Below are positions 24,147 through 37,148 of a stretch of 51,504 bases of DNA, one piece after another. Within the stretch, counting starts at the first letter, position 1; each line of letters starts with the position of its first letter. This DNA is from Octopus bimaculoides (lineage: Eukaryota). A program made the translations under genes and the position numbers. The stretch is taken from positions 55,594,698-55,646,201 of the forward strand of contig NC_068987.1 in assembly GCF_001194135.2 (NCBI RefSeq), given 5' to 3'. Under the pieces are notes generated by a model. That model made no database searches. It had not been told where the DNA came from and saw only the letters and a program-made list of their open reading frames with translations.

Positions 24147-24856
24147 TACCATTCGAACATATGTGTATGTGTGTTGTATTTGTATGTATGTGTGTATGTG
24201 TGCATATATGTGTGTATATATATATATATATATNNNNNNNNNNNNNNNNNNNNNNNNNNNNNNNNNNNNNNNNNNNNNNNNNNNNNNNNNNNNNNNNNNN
24301 NNNNNNNNNNNNNNNNNNNNNNNNNNNNNNNNNNNNNNNNNNNNNNNNNNNNNNNNNNNNNNNNNNNNNNNNNNNNNNNNNNNNNNNNNNNNNNNNNNNN
24401 NNNNNNNNNNNNNNNNNNNNNNNNNNNNNNNNNNNNNNNNNNNNNNNNNNNNNNNNNNNNNNNNNNNNNNNNNNNNNNNNNNNNNNNNNNNNNNNNNNNN
24501 NNNNNNNNNNNNNNNNNNNNNNNNNNNNNNNNNNNNNNNNNNNNNNNNNNNNNNNNNNNNNNNNNNNNNNNNNNNNNNNNNNNNNNNNNNNNNNNNNNNN
24601 NNNNNNNNNNNNNNNNNNNNNNNNNNNNNNNNNNNNNNNNNNNNNNNNNNNNNNNNNNNNNNNNNNNNNNNNNNNNNNNNNNNNNNNNNNNNNNNNNNNN
24701 NNNNNNNNNNNNNNNNNNNNNNNNNNNNNNNNNNNNNNNNNNNNNNNNNNNNNNNNNNNNNNNNNNNNNNNNNNNNNNNNNNNNNNNNNNNNNNNNNNNN
24801 NNNNNNNNNNNNNNNNNNNNNNNNNNNNNNNNNNNNNNNNNNNNNNTGTGTGTGTG

Positions 24857-24891
<35 letters not shown>

Positions 24892-24971
24892 GTGTTGCAC
24901 TCAGATATTCTAACTAGTTTAACTTGCTAATTGACACAAATATGTAGTATTTATTTATTTATTTATTTATT

Positions 24972-25113
<142 letters not shown>

Positions 25114-26158
25114 GTTTTTGTTGTTGTTATTCTCTTGTATTTTAGAAGACGATGGAAACTGTCATTCACCTAATTGTACTGGAGTATGAAATTTCGTGAC
25201 CCGACCCTTCGTACACCGTAATCAATCATTTGTTATAATAAACAAAAATTGCGGGCCTGTATGTTTTTCTCTTTTGATACTACAACACAATATATTGTAT
25301 TCGCATCAATCCCAAACGTCAAATTAGCCGTAATTACAATATGTAAATGGAATGGTTGTTTAGCGATAAGTTGAGTATGGAAGATTTTTTTTTTTAAATT
25401 GTGATGGAGTAGGATAGAAGTCCTAAAATAGAGAAGTAGTAGTCACTAATACGATGTTTCTTTTCTGGTATATTTTGCATTGCTTGGTTGTGGAAGAAGA
25501 GAATATACCCCCTGTATTCGCAGGCCCTTCGAGACTCGTATGATCACTACGGTTTGGAACAGTTAATGGCCGCAAAATAAACTTATGCAAGATAAACTAT
25601 TTAGAACGGTGTTTCTCCCTGGAAGCAGCAGAAAATTTTATATAAATATATAAGGACAAAGGGGGTCAATAGATGTATTTGGATTTTGTTTTTTGTCTTT
25701 GTCTCCTATTTGTCTCCGCTAACATTTAAATGTAATTTTATAACCTGACTACTAGCCACACACAAAAGAAAAACAAAAATAACAACGACAATAAAAATAA
25801 CAACAGCAACAGCAATTCAAATAGATTTCAAAATATGAATGAGTAAATAAGCAAACCAAATATATACCACTCGTGCATGNNNNNNNNNNNNNNNNNNNNN
25901 NNNNNNNNNNNNNNNNNNNNNNNNNNNNNNNNNNNNNNNNNNNNNNNNNNNNNNNNNNNNNNNNNNNNNNNNNNNNNNNNNNNNNNNNNNNNNNNNNNNN
26001 NNNNNNNNNNNNNNNNNNNNNNNNNNNNNNNNNNNNNNNNNNNNNNNNNNNNNNNNNNNNNNNNNNNNNNNNNNNNNNNNNNNNNNNNNNNNNNNNNNNN
26101 NNNNNNNNNNNNNNNNNNNNNNNNNNNNNNNNNNNNNNNNNNNNNNNNNNNNNNNNTA

Positions 26159-26251
26159 TATATTTTATACTGTGAAGCTTAATTTAATAAAAAATTTTAA
26201 TAAATTGATTTTAATTGAGTTTTTACCTGTAATTTTGGATTTTATCCCTAA

Positions 26252-26260
<9 letters not shown>
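26159..26260 (+). repeat. AT-rich dispersed repeat end; similar copy at 35248-35350; both lie just after N gaps
   Basis: Shared taataaattgattttaattgagtttttacctgtaattttggattttatccctaatattatta. Confidence 0.85.
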
Positions 26261-26294
<34 letters not shown>

Positions 26295-27684
26295 TGCACA
26301 TGTACATGTGATGTATTCAATTTTGCTGAATTGCAGCAAGAGGATGTTGGAAAAATATGAGCAAAACAAATAAAGTATTAGTTAAAAAAAACCTGGAAGG
26401 CATTGTTCTAGAGGGTAAGCATAGTGATTGGTGCAGGGTTCGGGGGATGAGGTAGAACAATATTGATGATGAGAGGAGAAAAGACAAGTGCGTGAAAAGT
26501 GGCCGAATGGAAGTAGCACGAGAGCAGCTAGCTCCGATCAGAGGAAGTCATGCTTGTAGTGGTAGAAACGTAGAACATTTCTAGGCAACAGTTTGGAGTA
26601 TGCTGGTGAGTGGTTTCTTGCTGATCGATCGAGTGGTCTTTCTTTGGATGCGGTTTAAACAAACCGCCAAGATATAGGGACACTATTTCATCTTTTGCGG
26701 GTCTCATACGAGCTTTATAGGGGTTAATATTTTCTTGTTTTGAAAAAGAAGACCTGTAAAACATGGACAACAAAAACATAAAAGCCACACTAACATAACT
26801 TACATCCTAAGCCACATACTTTCAGTTCGAAAGCACAACCCATACAGTTCCGGTGTAATCCCAGGTCTGTTTTAATCGAACAGACAACCTTGAGCATCCT
26901 ATCATTTAGTATTCTATAACTATATCGCACGAATAATTTCATTTTAAAGCGTGTAGAATGTGAATGCAAAAATATTTGTCTGATATTTCTAACAGGTCTG
27001 GTGACTATTCAGTTCCTAATTGATTCGAAGAATCATACGTAGAAGGGGAAAGGAAGAAGGAGCGGAAGACAAAGAAAATATTGTTTTGTTACCAACGATT
27101 TTACTCGTTTTTCTACGACTCTATTCGCTGCGCCTCAATGCTTTGGAGGCCTATGATGCATTATCTTCTGAGAGAGTTGAACTGTGTTTCTATGCTACAT
27201 CTGTGTTGCCTTGTTGATAAGTTTATCTTGTTTCTGGTATTATTTCGTATTTTGTATTCTCGTATGTGCCTTGAGCTGTGCTTCAATACCGGGTGGTGAT
27301 TGTATAGAGAATGTTTTGTGGATTTTATATCATTGGGAAATAAGTCGTTAGAGAATGTGTAGAATATGTGTCATTTGTGCTACTGGATTTCAAACGCCTT
27401 GCATGTGATGTCTAATCTTAGGACAATAATATATAAAAAAATATATAACATTTTATGAAAGGAACCTGCACAAAGAAGATAAAGACAGAGAACATTCAGT
27501 TCTGTAGTATGTCCCAGCATGCTATGGATGTGATGGATAATAGAAACTACAAGGGTTGTACCGAAAGTAGTGCAAAAGTGGGCATAACACTTATTAACTA
27601 ACACGTGTCGTTCAAATTGCGAATGTTGTAAGGGTAACTTTTCATCTATAGTAACTCATATTCATCTTCATTGCAGGCAAATAA

Positions 27685-28320
27685 TGGGGTTCAGGTAGCA
27701 GCGATGTGCCGTCATTGAGTTCTTGGCAAAAGAAGGGTTGTAGGCTGTCCAACATACACAGAATGCTACATCCTATTTACGGAGATGACACCACTGACAA
27801 GAGCATTGTCGACAGAAAGCCGCAGAAGTTTAAAGAAGGGAAAACAGCACTAAAATAGATCTAGCAGTGAGCTAGCATCAACTCCAATCACTGACACGAA
27901 TCGTCAGCAGATGGACCGTTTGCTGGAACAAATGAGTCACAATATGCGAGCTTGCTGCGCAACTTGTCTGTGGTAGATGATGGTAGAAGACTTTGGATAT
28001 CAGGAAGCGTACGCAAGTCGGTACTATAAGAGTTAACACTCGATTTCAAGGAGAGAAAGATGGAAGACTACCGTGATCTACTGGAAGCGTCTGAAGGTAA
28101 TGAAGATAGTGTTTTGTTTTCGTTTAGGTGACGGGATGAAACGTGATTCCACCATTACTGTTGTGAAATAAAGGCTCAGTACGTGGAATGGCGTCACATC
28201 ACTTCTCCAAGCCCAAGAACTTAAGGAACCAGCAATCAGCACAGAAAGTCATAATGGCTATCTTTTGAGATGACAAGTGTATCATTCTCTTTGATTTTCT
28301 GGAACGTTGATGTACCTCGA
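27685..28320 (+). pseudogene. Decayed mariner transposase
   Basis: Frame-shifted VIEFLAKEGCRLSNIHRMLHPIYGDDT, GDET*FHHY, EWRHITSP, KVIMAIF*DDKCIILFDFLE. Confidence 0.75.
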
Positions 28321-28789
28321 ACAACAAGAAGTACATTTAGACCCTCAAAAAGCTTAGATAGGTCATTAAGAGGAAAAGACTAAACAAAATCTCAAAATAA
28401 TCCACGTTTACCGTAACAATACCCAACTGCATAAGTACAGATTGCCTAATTTAGCTATAAATCAAGCAAACAGGAAATTTGACCGTACATCCTCGATTCG
28501 GCCCTCTCCGACTTCCAGCGGTTCAGTTTAATGAAGGATGTTTTTCAGTGGCAAATATATGATGATGCAGGTGAAGTGAAATTCGCTGAGAAGAAGTTGG
28601 TAAAATGGTGTATACATGAATCTTTTCAAAGTGAAATTAATGAGGTGGGTTCAACGATGACGCAAGAGCATCGTCTGCGATGGAGTCTATGTTGAGTAAT
28701 AGCTTGTATTGTGGAAGAGTTAGTTACTCAACTAACATGTGCAATTTGAATGCCTTACATTAGTTCATAAAAAGATGTGCCCACTCTTG

Positions 28790-29143
28790 CTTGACTTTCG
28801 GTATCGGAGACCCCCTTCGGTCACGAATGACCATGGGATTGCACCTAGAAGGTTACCCTCAGAGGCACAAGTCCGGGCAAGGTTGTTTATGGAGGACCAG
28901 CAGTCGCCCCTGCATACCAGTCTCCCCTCTCTACGCCACCGATGTTATCCAATGGAAAGGAAAAAGCCGATATAGCTTGGCACTAGTGACGTCGCAACTC
29001 ATTTCTACAGCTGAGTGAACTGGAGCAACGTGAAATAAAGTGTCTTGCTCAAGAACACAACACGCAGCCCGGCTCGGAATTCGAACTCACAACCTCACAG
29101 TCGTAAGTTCGACGCTCTAACCACTGAGCCATGCGCCTTCACA
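28790..29143 (-). mobile_element. tRNA-derived SINE, near full length
   Basis: Minus-strand head gtgaaggcgcatggctcagtggttagagcg...gtgagttcgaattcc; conserved body cagctgtagaaatgagttgcgacgtcac. Confidence 0.85.
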
Positions 29144-29148
29144 TTTTC

Positions 29149-29217
<69 letters not shown>

Positions 29218-29947
29218 TTGTATGTATGTGTGTGTGTATGTGTGTGTATGGACGAATCGAGGAGGTAAGAAAGTTTTATATTCTTGTATGTTGTATATAT
29301 AATATCACGAAGCAGGGGGGAAAGAAAGTATTTACACGACGCAATACGACTACTATTACACGAGACTCACCGCATTATCACTGTTCACATTGAACTGTTT
29401 ACAAATCTGAACTTCCAGTCGCTCACAGTTCTTTGTTTTATAACAATGAGTCAGTCCACCTTTAGTACCTTGTGGAGTGGTCGGAATACTTCCACAACAG
29501 AAGGACAGAGTAGAAAATGAAAGTAGAAAGAACAAAGTAGAAAGTGGATTGATGTACGAAGGATAAAGTAGAAAGTAGAAGAATATAAGCGACGAAAATT
29601 CTTGGGAAACGAAATAGCTGAAGTTAGTATAGTTAGTGTATTTTGTATTCGTTTATTATACATTTATGGGTTATCTCTGAAGAAACTAAGGTGAACTAAT
29701 CGAATATTTTAGTGCTGCGGCTGTGTCTATGTGAGGCCTATGATAACTGTTATAAAATTTATTGTCATGTCGATTGAAAGTTGGGAATATGGACCGATAA
29801 TGCCGAACCGATAATTTAGTTGCTATTAATGCAAGTATACATTTGCAGATATAAATTTATTACCAACGCTGAAGATAGCTCCTTTTCAATGCGCGAGTTA
29901 AAGAAGAACCGAATAATTCTAGTGCTATCACAATGCAAATTATATGC

Positions 29948-29985
<38 letters not shown>

Positions 29986-30705
29986 NNNNNNNNNNNNTGT
30001 ATGTATGTATGTATATGTATATACATGGATACATATAATGTAGTGTACAGAACGTATCTATAGTTTCTTTTACCCAGTACTCTGCATTACGAGGATTGCA
30101 AATAATTCGTGAACACAATATGTCATGGCTACAATAAGTTAGGAAAAAGGTGTACATGTTTCGATTCTTATTCAGTGCGTCATCCGAAACTGTGTACCTA
30201 CTCCACATACCCGTGAATGGTTAAAGTAGATTGGAAAATTAATTTTGCATATTTTAGCACATTTCTAGGCAGCTCGATTGAGTATTAAATTACTGGTGTG
30301 TCAATTGTAACGTACTATGGAACATATCTGTGGGGTTTTAAGCTCTCATTGTGTGTTACGTTGACTTACCATGTTCCTGTATACCTGTCTCGATTCTTGC
30401 TAGAGTCAACTGGTAAATTGCGTTGAGCAGTTGAAACAGCAAGCGTATATGAAATCCTTTGGGAATTTTCATAAAAGTACACACTACGTGAATACTAGCA
30501 GATGTAGCTACTGCAACGCGGAGAAGAGGTTGATCTTAAAGTACTTTCTTATTCCTGTAATACATCTGAATGCCAAGTCAAAGAGACATTCAGCTGTTGT
30601 ATGCATGAGAGGAAATTTGTTCTCAGCCAACCTTTCCATTCAGCTGCTGATAAACCCTTTTCTGATCTTGCTGGAACAATCTGTTGATTTTATATTGTGC
30701 AATTA

Positions 30706-32523
30706 CAGTGGTCAACAACAAAAGTGCTTCCGAGACCAAAGTAGAAAATTCCAACAAATTTTAGGTCACTGATAATGAATATCATGGTTAAATTTATTCA
30801 TTAGCTCCGCTTTTCAGGATACACCCACGTATCACAACAAGTTCCAACACGCATGCGTCTGTGTGTTTCTTACCGCACTCACAATCTCATTGCCCTTCAG
30901 TATTGTTACAGCAGTAATAGAAGGTGGTTGTGCTGTGCAAATTTACATTTTGAGTTGAAAGGTAGGTGATTTTCCTAGTCAACACTTTGTAAAACTTATA
31001 ATAAATATTCATCGAGCAAGCTTTTGATATGCATGTGAGACATTTTATATCATTTTCATTTTCCTACTGAATAATATAAATAATTCTGCTAAGCTGTCAT
31101 GTTCTGTATGATAATGATAAATTCATGAGTAATTTTTGTGTTTTTCTTCTAATTGTTTGTTGTTTTCTCCTTTCAAATGCCTCGTACTTGTGTGAATAAG
31201 GCAGTCAACATCTACTACATATGTGATAGGTGATCTTTGCATCACAGAAGCGCCGCATAACTGCTATAGTTAAAAAAACATATCACCTATATTTTGGATG
31301 CAAGATTGGTGACCAGGAAAAGAATAGGGCTCCTCAAATATACTGCAACACTTGTGCTACTAACCTTCGCCAATGGTTGAACAGGAAGAGGAGAAAAGGA
31401 GTGTCTTTTGCTGTGCTAAAGACATGGCGAGAAGCAACAGACCATACCAACAATTGTTAATTCTGCATGATAACCCCAGTACAAAAGAGCTTGTCACAGA
31501 AGGAAAAGGTGTCTATTGAAAATCCAGACATTCCATCAGCTTTTCGCCCATAGCTATCAGCTATGCATAAGATATAATGAACATAAATGACATCTCTGTG
31601 GTGACTTAAAGGTTGTGCTTCTTATGATGGGTTTGCAGGGTGGACACACCAAGTACTGCTGCTTTCTGTGTGAATGGGACAGCCGCGCATGAGGTTCCCA
31701 CTATATCAGGAGAGACTGACCACCTCATCATTCATTTGCGCCGGGGATGAAAAATGTTCAACATCCACCTCCCACTGAACCAAACAAAATTTTGCTACCA
31801 CCACTATACTTAAACTGGGGCTCATGAAAAACTTTGTAAAAGCTATGGACAAACTTGGTCAGGGATTCAAGTATTTAACATCAAAATTCCCCACACTGAG
31901 CGACGCTAAAATAAAAGGAGTTTTCATTGGTCCGCAGATTCAAGAACTTCTTAAAGATGGTGACTTTGAATCAGCCCTTCATGGGGAGGAGAAAGCTGCT
32001 TGGAAAGCATTCAAGCTAGAGGCAAAGGGATTTCTCGGAAACAGAAGGGAAGGAAACTATAGAGAATTGGTGGAAAACCTCATCAAGGTTTACAAGAACA
32101 TGGGATGTAACATGTCACTTAAAATCCACTTTTCGGACTCACATGCAGACTTTTTTTTTCAGCGAACTGTGTGGGACAGTTAGTGACGAACATGGTGAAA
32201 GGTTTCACCAAGATATTTCAACCATGGAAAAGCGGTACCAGAATAAATGGAGCACAACAATGCTTGCAGACTATTGCTGGACATTGGCAAGAGATGATTC
32301 AAGCAAAAAGGAAGAAAGTAGATATGGACTAGAGTTTAAAACATGTAATGACACATACTGCATGTTCTAATAAAATAATCAAACTTTACATGCCGCTTAT
32401 CTTTTAATCTATAGTCAATAAGCATTTTTCAAGATGATATTTGGATTCAGTGCATAAAAATACATAAGAATAAGCTAATCTCATTTAAGAAGCACACAAC
32501 TTTTCAAAAATTACTGACCAGTG
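30706..32523 (+). mobile_element. Chapaev3-type (CMC) DNA transposon, internally deleted
   Basis: TTA at 30703-05 and 32524-26; termini CAGTGGTCAACAA ... TTACTGACCAGTG (10/13 inverted match); transposase motifs inside. Confidence 0.75.
31177..32370 (+). pseudogene. Chapaev-type transposase pseudogene (stops and frameshifts)
   Basis: MPRTCVNK..., YHLYFGCKIGDQEK..APQIYC, GLQGGHTKYCCFLCEWDSRA, KLGLMKNFVKAM, NMSLKIHF..H, SDEHGERFHQDI, MLADYCWTL. Confidence 0.85.
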
Positions 32524-32529
32524 TTATTT

Positions 32530-33250
32530 GGTAATATCTCTTGATCTTTGTCGCTTTAGCCTGCAATCTTTGTTTCAGCTCTTCAATGACTACATTTAAC
32601 CCCTTTTCTTTATCTTATATCTACGTTCTAGTTCCTGATATTTCTCCTTCTTCCTAATCACGCCCCACTTTTTTTTATCTTTCCAAGGTGTTGACACGTT
32701 TTCGTAGTTTGTTCATTGATTGCTTTATTCTTCTTTTCTACCAAGGCTCTTTTAATCATTTCCTCTCTGACGTTTTGGTTCGCGGCCTACTTTCTTTCCT
32801 ATATAGATTAGACAAGCTTTAGTCACTCTATTCGTTCCGGTTATATTATCTGTCTTAATTTCTTTCAGTATTTTATTCACCCTCTGGTTCCACCTTACTG
32901 AGAAAATTTCTATTTACTTTCCTGAATCCATTTATTTCCATGTCCAGGTCTTCCTCAGTGACACTAGTGATATATTTGATCATTCGTCTGTCCTCATCAT
33001 TCAGTCCTTCTATACTCTTCCCTCAAAGCTTAAATCCTTATAATTCTCCCGGGTTCCTTCATTAAATGCAGCCACATCAACATTCTTTGTAACTACTTCC
33101 ACATCACTCCCTGTGTTTCCGATCGCTACACTCTTCTTAATCTCATCAAGCTCTAATGCTGTAAGCCAACCTTTCTTCCTTATTGCCCTTACCTAGTCAC
33201 AGAGTTTCTGCTCTCTAATATCTGAGGCTAGCTTTTCCATCCACGTGTCA
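32530..33250 (-). mobile_element. R4/Dong-like non-LTR retrotransposon fragment (region upstream of RT)
   Basis: Minus-strand peptides VVIEELKQRLQAKATKIKR and GFRKVNRN resemble the pre-RT region of R4/Dong RLE elements. Confidence 0.6.
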
Positions 33251-33384
33251 TGCATCATCTTCCTATATCCTATAGGCTTCCCTTCATCATCAAAGGATCT
33301 ACTCAAAAAATAACATTCCATGACAGCTGCATTCATTGTCTTAGTCCATTTTGTTCTGGCAGCCGTATTATTATAATTATTTCA

Positions 33385-33595
33385 AGGCGGCGATTTCGCA
33401 GAATCGTTAGGACGCAGGGCAAAATACCTGGCAGAGTTTCGACCGTCTTTACGTTCTGAGTTCGAATTCCGCCTAGGTCGAATTTCACTTTCATCCTTTC
33501 GATGTCGATAAAATAAGTACCAGTGGAGCACTGGGGTAGATGTAATCGACTCATCCTTTCCCCGATCATACTGGCCTTGTGCTAAAATTTGAAAC
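33385..33595 (+). mobile_element. Full copy of the abundant ~210-bp SINE
   Basis: aggcggcgatttcgcagaatcgttag...gagttcgaattcc...gtcgataaaataagtacc...ggccttgtgctaaaatttgaaac. Confidence 0.85.
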
Positions 33596-33713
33596 GTGAC
33601 TGACATGGTTGAATCACTGAGTGTTAACCTTTGCATTTATGAGTTCTTGGTTTCGATTCCACTGCGTGGCAACGTGAACAGATATCTTTTAGCATAGCCT
33701 CAGGTCAGGGGTA

Positions 33714-33749
<36 letters not shown>

Positions 33750-34085
33750 GTATATGTGTATGTGTGTGTGTGTGTGTGTAAGTATATATTTAAACACGCA
33801 CACGTGTTTGTATATGTATGTGAAAGTGTCGTCTTCAAAATCGAAGAATTCCTTATTCATTTTCCAAATCAATAAACTGGGAATAACTTGAGCAGATCGA
33901 TTTCCTCTGATTTGATCACTTTGAAATGAATAATATCCTTATAATGAATGAAAACCATCAATATGTTACGGAAATCCCAGATTGCAGGTTTAATCGAAGC
34001 GTACGTTCATGAGTATGCCTGGATGCGTGTGAATATGCGTGTGCATGTGAATAAGGCGTGTGTGTGTGTATATGTGTGTGAGTGC

Positions 34086-34146
<61 letters not shown>

Positions 34147-34473
34147 CATGAGTAGGGCAAACGACTAAGAAATGAAGAGGAAACTGTATTCAGATATTTT
34201 ATAACAAATTTAGTCGGTGGCTGTGCTTGTGCTGCTGTTTATCTTAGGTGTGCTTCATGAGGTCAGACCTGAGGCTAAACAACAACAAAAACAACAACGA
34301 CAATAAAAGCAACAATAATGACAACAGCAACAACAACAACAACAGTAGCAGCAACAGCAACAACAACAGAAAGGTGTTTCAACCATGACTCTCCCTTCTT
34401 TTTGTATATTTAACTATACTTTTTCTAATTTGTAACTAATTTGTGTCAAGTATGTGGATAACATCCTTATATC

Positions 34474-34670
34474 GGTTTCATATTTTGGCACAAGGCCAGC
34501 AGTCTCAGGGGAGTGGGTAAGCCGATTATGTCGGCCCCAGTACTCAACGGGCACTTATTTTATCGACTCCGAAAGAATGAAAGGTAAAGTCGACCTCGGC
34601 GGTATTTGGACTCAGAATGTAAAGTCGGACGAAATGCCGCTAAATATTTTGTCAGGCGTGCTAACGTTGC
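34474..34670 (-). mobile_element. SINE, same family as 33385-33595
   Basis: Reverse-complement similarity over about 200 bp. Confidence 0.85.
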
Positions 34671-37114
34671 TTTAGTACAACCCACGTATCAATAAAAGAT
34701 CCGAACTGCATGCAGCTGTTTGGCTACTATAACAACGCAAAACAACCCCTAAGTTAGCTTCACTTTTCTCCGAAGATTTTCTCAAGGTGTCCTAAACCTG
34801 AAATATTGAAGTTGTAGATATAAGTACAAACCATTGAAGTGTATTACTAATTTTTATAAATCGCATTGTTTTAGTTTAAAAAAAAAATGAAATACACACA
34901 CAAGTAAGCATCCATGTTTACCTGTTTAGTTAAGTATATATATATNNNNNNNNNNNNNNNNNNNNNNNNNNNNNNNNNNNNNNNNNNNNNNNNNNNNNNN
35001 NNNNNNNNNNNNNNNNNNNNNNNNNNNNNNNNNNNNNNNNNNNNNNNNNNNNNNNNNNNNNNNNNNNNNNNNNNNNNNNNNNNNNNNNNNNNNNNNNNNN
35101 NNNNNNNNNNNNNNNNNNNNNNNNNNNNNNNNNNNNNNNNNNNNNNNNNNNNNNNNNNNNNNNNNNNNNNNNNNNNNNNNNNNNNNNNNNNNNNNNNNNN
35201 NNNNNNNNNNNNNNNNNNNNNNNNNNATATGTGACAGTGGATTTTTCTATATATTTTACTCTGTGAAACTTAATTTAATTTTGATTTTTAATAAATTGAT
35301 TTTAATTGAGTTTTTACCTGTAATTTTGGATTTTATCCCTAATATTATTATATATACATACATACATACATACATACATACATACATACATACATACATG
35401 CATACGAATATATACCACGCACATTCATACTTTATACATACATACATACATCCATGTCTCATACATCCAAACACACACACATATACAAACACATCCTCAT
35501 AAACATACGCACCCTTTCTCTTAACTCTTCTCTCACAAACGCGCGCGTAAGCACGCACGCAGAGAAGCACACATACACACACACATACAAACACACACAC
35601 ACACACACACAAAACATATGTGTGTTGCACAAACTTATATAGTTGTTCGTTCCTTTATGGATGATTACGTAAGTGGTTGCAAGCACAGCATGTGTACAAG
35701 CGAGCTTGTGTGGGAATATTAGTATCCTTATATGAATGCTTTTTGTACATCCACTCTCTGTCGTTCTTTTTCACTCTCTCAATATATATATATGTATATA
35801 TATATCTTTCACTTACCATATCTCTGTCCCTCACTTTATCTCTCATGTTCTCTCGCTTCCATACGTCTCGGGAGAATAGTTAGCACTTAAGTAATTCATT
35901 TGTATCAACTTCTATTTGATCTGTATCACACACAGTAAACCGAAGACACAAACGCTTTAGTTTAATTGCTTCTCTGAATCACCAGATTTAGTTGAGCCTG
36001 TCTAAAAGCCAAAATAATCTCGGGTGAACTCTGGTAGTGCCAAATCTGCTTAAACAACTTAATAGCCAAATATAACAGCTGCTGAGGACACCAATGGAAA
36101 AACAAAGAGGCTTGGAGTAAGCGAGTGTTTTTGATTATTACTTAGTATTTTGCGACCAACACTCCTACGTTCAAACATACATACATGCATACATACACAA
36201 ATGCATAAATGCATACATACGTACATACAGGCATGTATACATAAATTCATTCATATATAGGCACAAACACACATCCACGTGAGTGTACACACATTTAAAT
36301 GTATACAAATTAATGTACGCACATATATTTATATGTGCATATATATATATATNNNNNNNNNNNNNNNNNNNNNNNNNNNNNNNNNNNNNNNNNNNNNNNN
36401 NNNNNNNNNNNNNNNNNNNNNNNNNNNNNNNNNNNNNNNNNNNNNNNNNNNNNNNNNNNNNNNNNNNNNNNNNNNNNNNNNNNNNNNNNNNNNNNNNNNN
36501 NNNNNNNNNNNNNNNNNNNNNNNNNNNNNNNNNNNNNNNNNNNNNNNNNNNNNNNNNNNNNNNNNNNNNNNNNNNNNNNNNNNNNNNNNNNNNNNNNNNN
36601 NNNNNNNNNNNNNNNNNNNNNNNNNNNNNNNNNNNNNNNNNNNNNNNNNNNNNNNNNNNNNNNNNNNNNNNNNNNNNNNNNNNNNNNNNNNNNNNNNNNN
36701 NNNNNNNNNNNNNNNNNNNNNNNNNNNNNNNNNNNNNNNNNNNNNNNNNNNNNNNNNNNNNNNNNNNNNNNNNNNNNNNNNNNNNNNNNNNNNNNNNNNN
36801 NNNNNNNNNNNNNNNNNNNNNNNNNNNNNNNNNNNNNNNNNNNNNNNNNATATATATATGTATATGTATGTATGTATATATATATATGTATATGTACATA
36901 TTGTACATATATATATTCACACACATATATATATATAAACCATACAAATATACGTTTATATATATATATATATATAGATACAGGTATATATATATTGTAT
37001 ATTGTATATGTATGTGTATATATAGTTGAAAATTACAGAAAAACAAAAGTCGAAGACAGGTGTATAAACAACAAGAAAGTGTATTAGTCTGGCGCTCAAG
37101 AAGGTGAGAAAGTT

Positions 37115-37148
37115 TTTTACGTTTCGAGCCTACGCTCTTCAACAGAAA
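37115..37148 (-). ncRNA. Minimal hammerhead-like motif in a PLE-type tail repeat
   Basis: ttt-CTGTTGA-a-GAGC-gtag-GCTC-GAAAC-GTA-aaa; A6>U variant; related to 79-111. Confidence 0.45.

Noticed and set aside
26380-26790. 86-aa minus-strand ORF (26528-26788) as a host exon
   Set aside because: No recognisable domain or convincing splice sites.
30145-30200. Minus-strand CGGATGA...GAAAC-AT-GTA as a hammerhead
   Set aside because: Palindromic ACATGT is present, but the first box is altered and no stem II or adjacent stem I forms.
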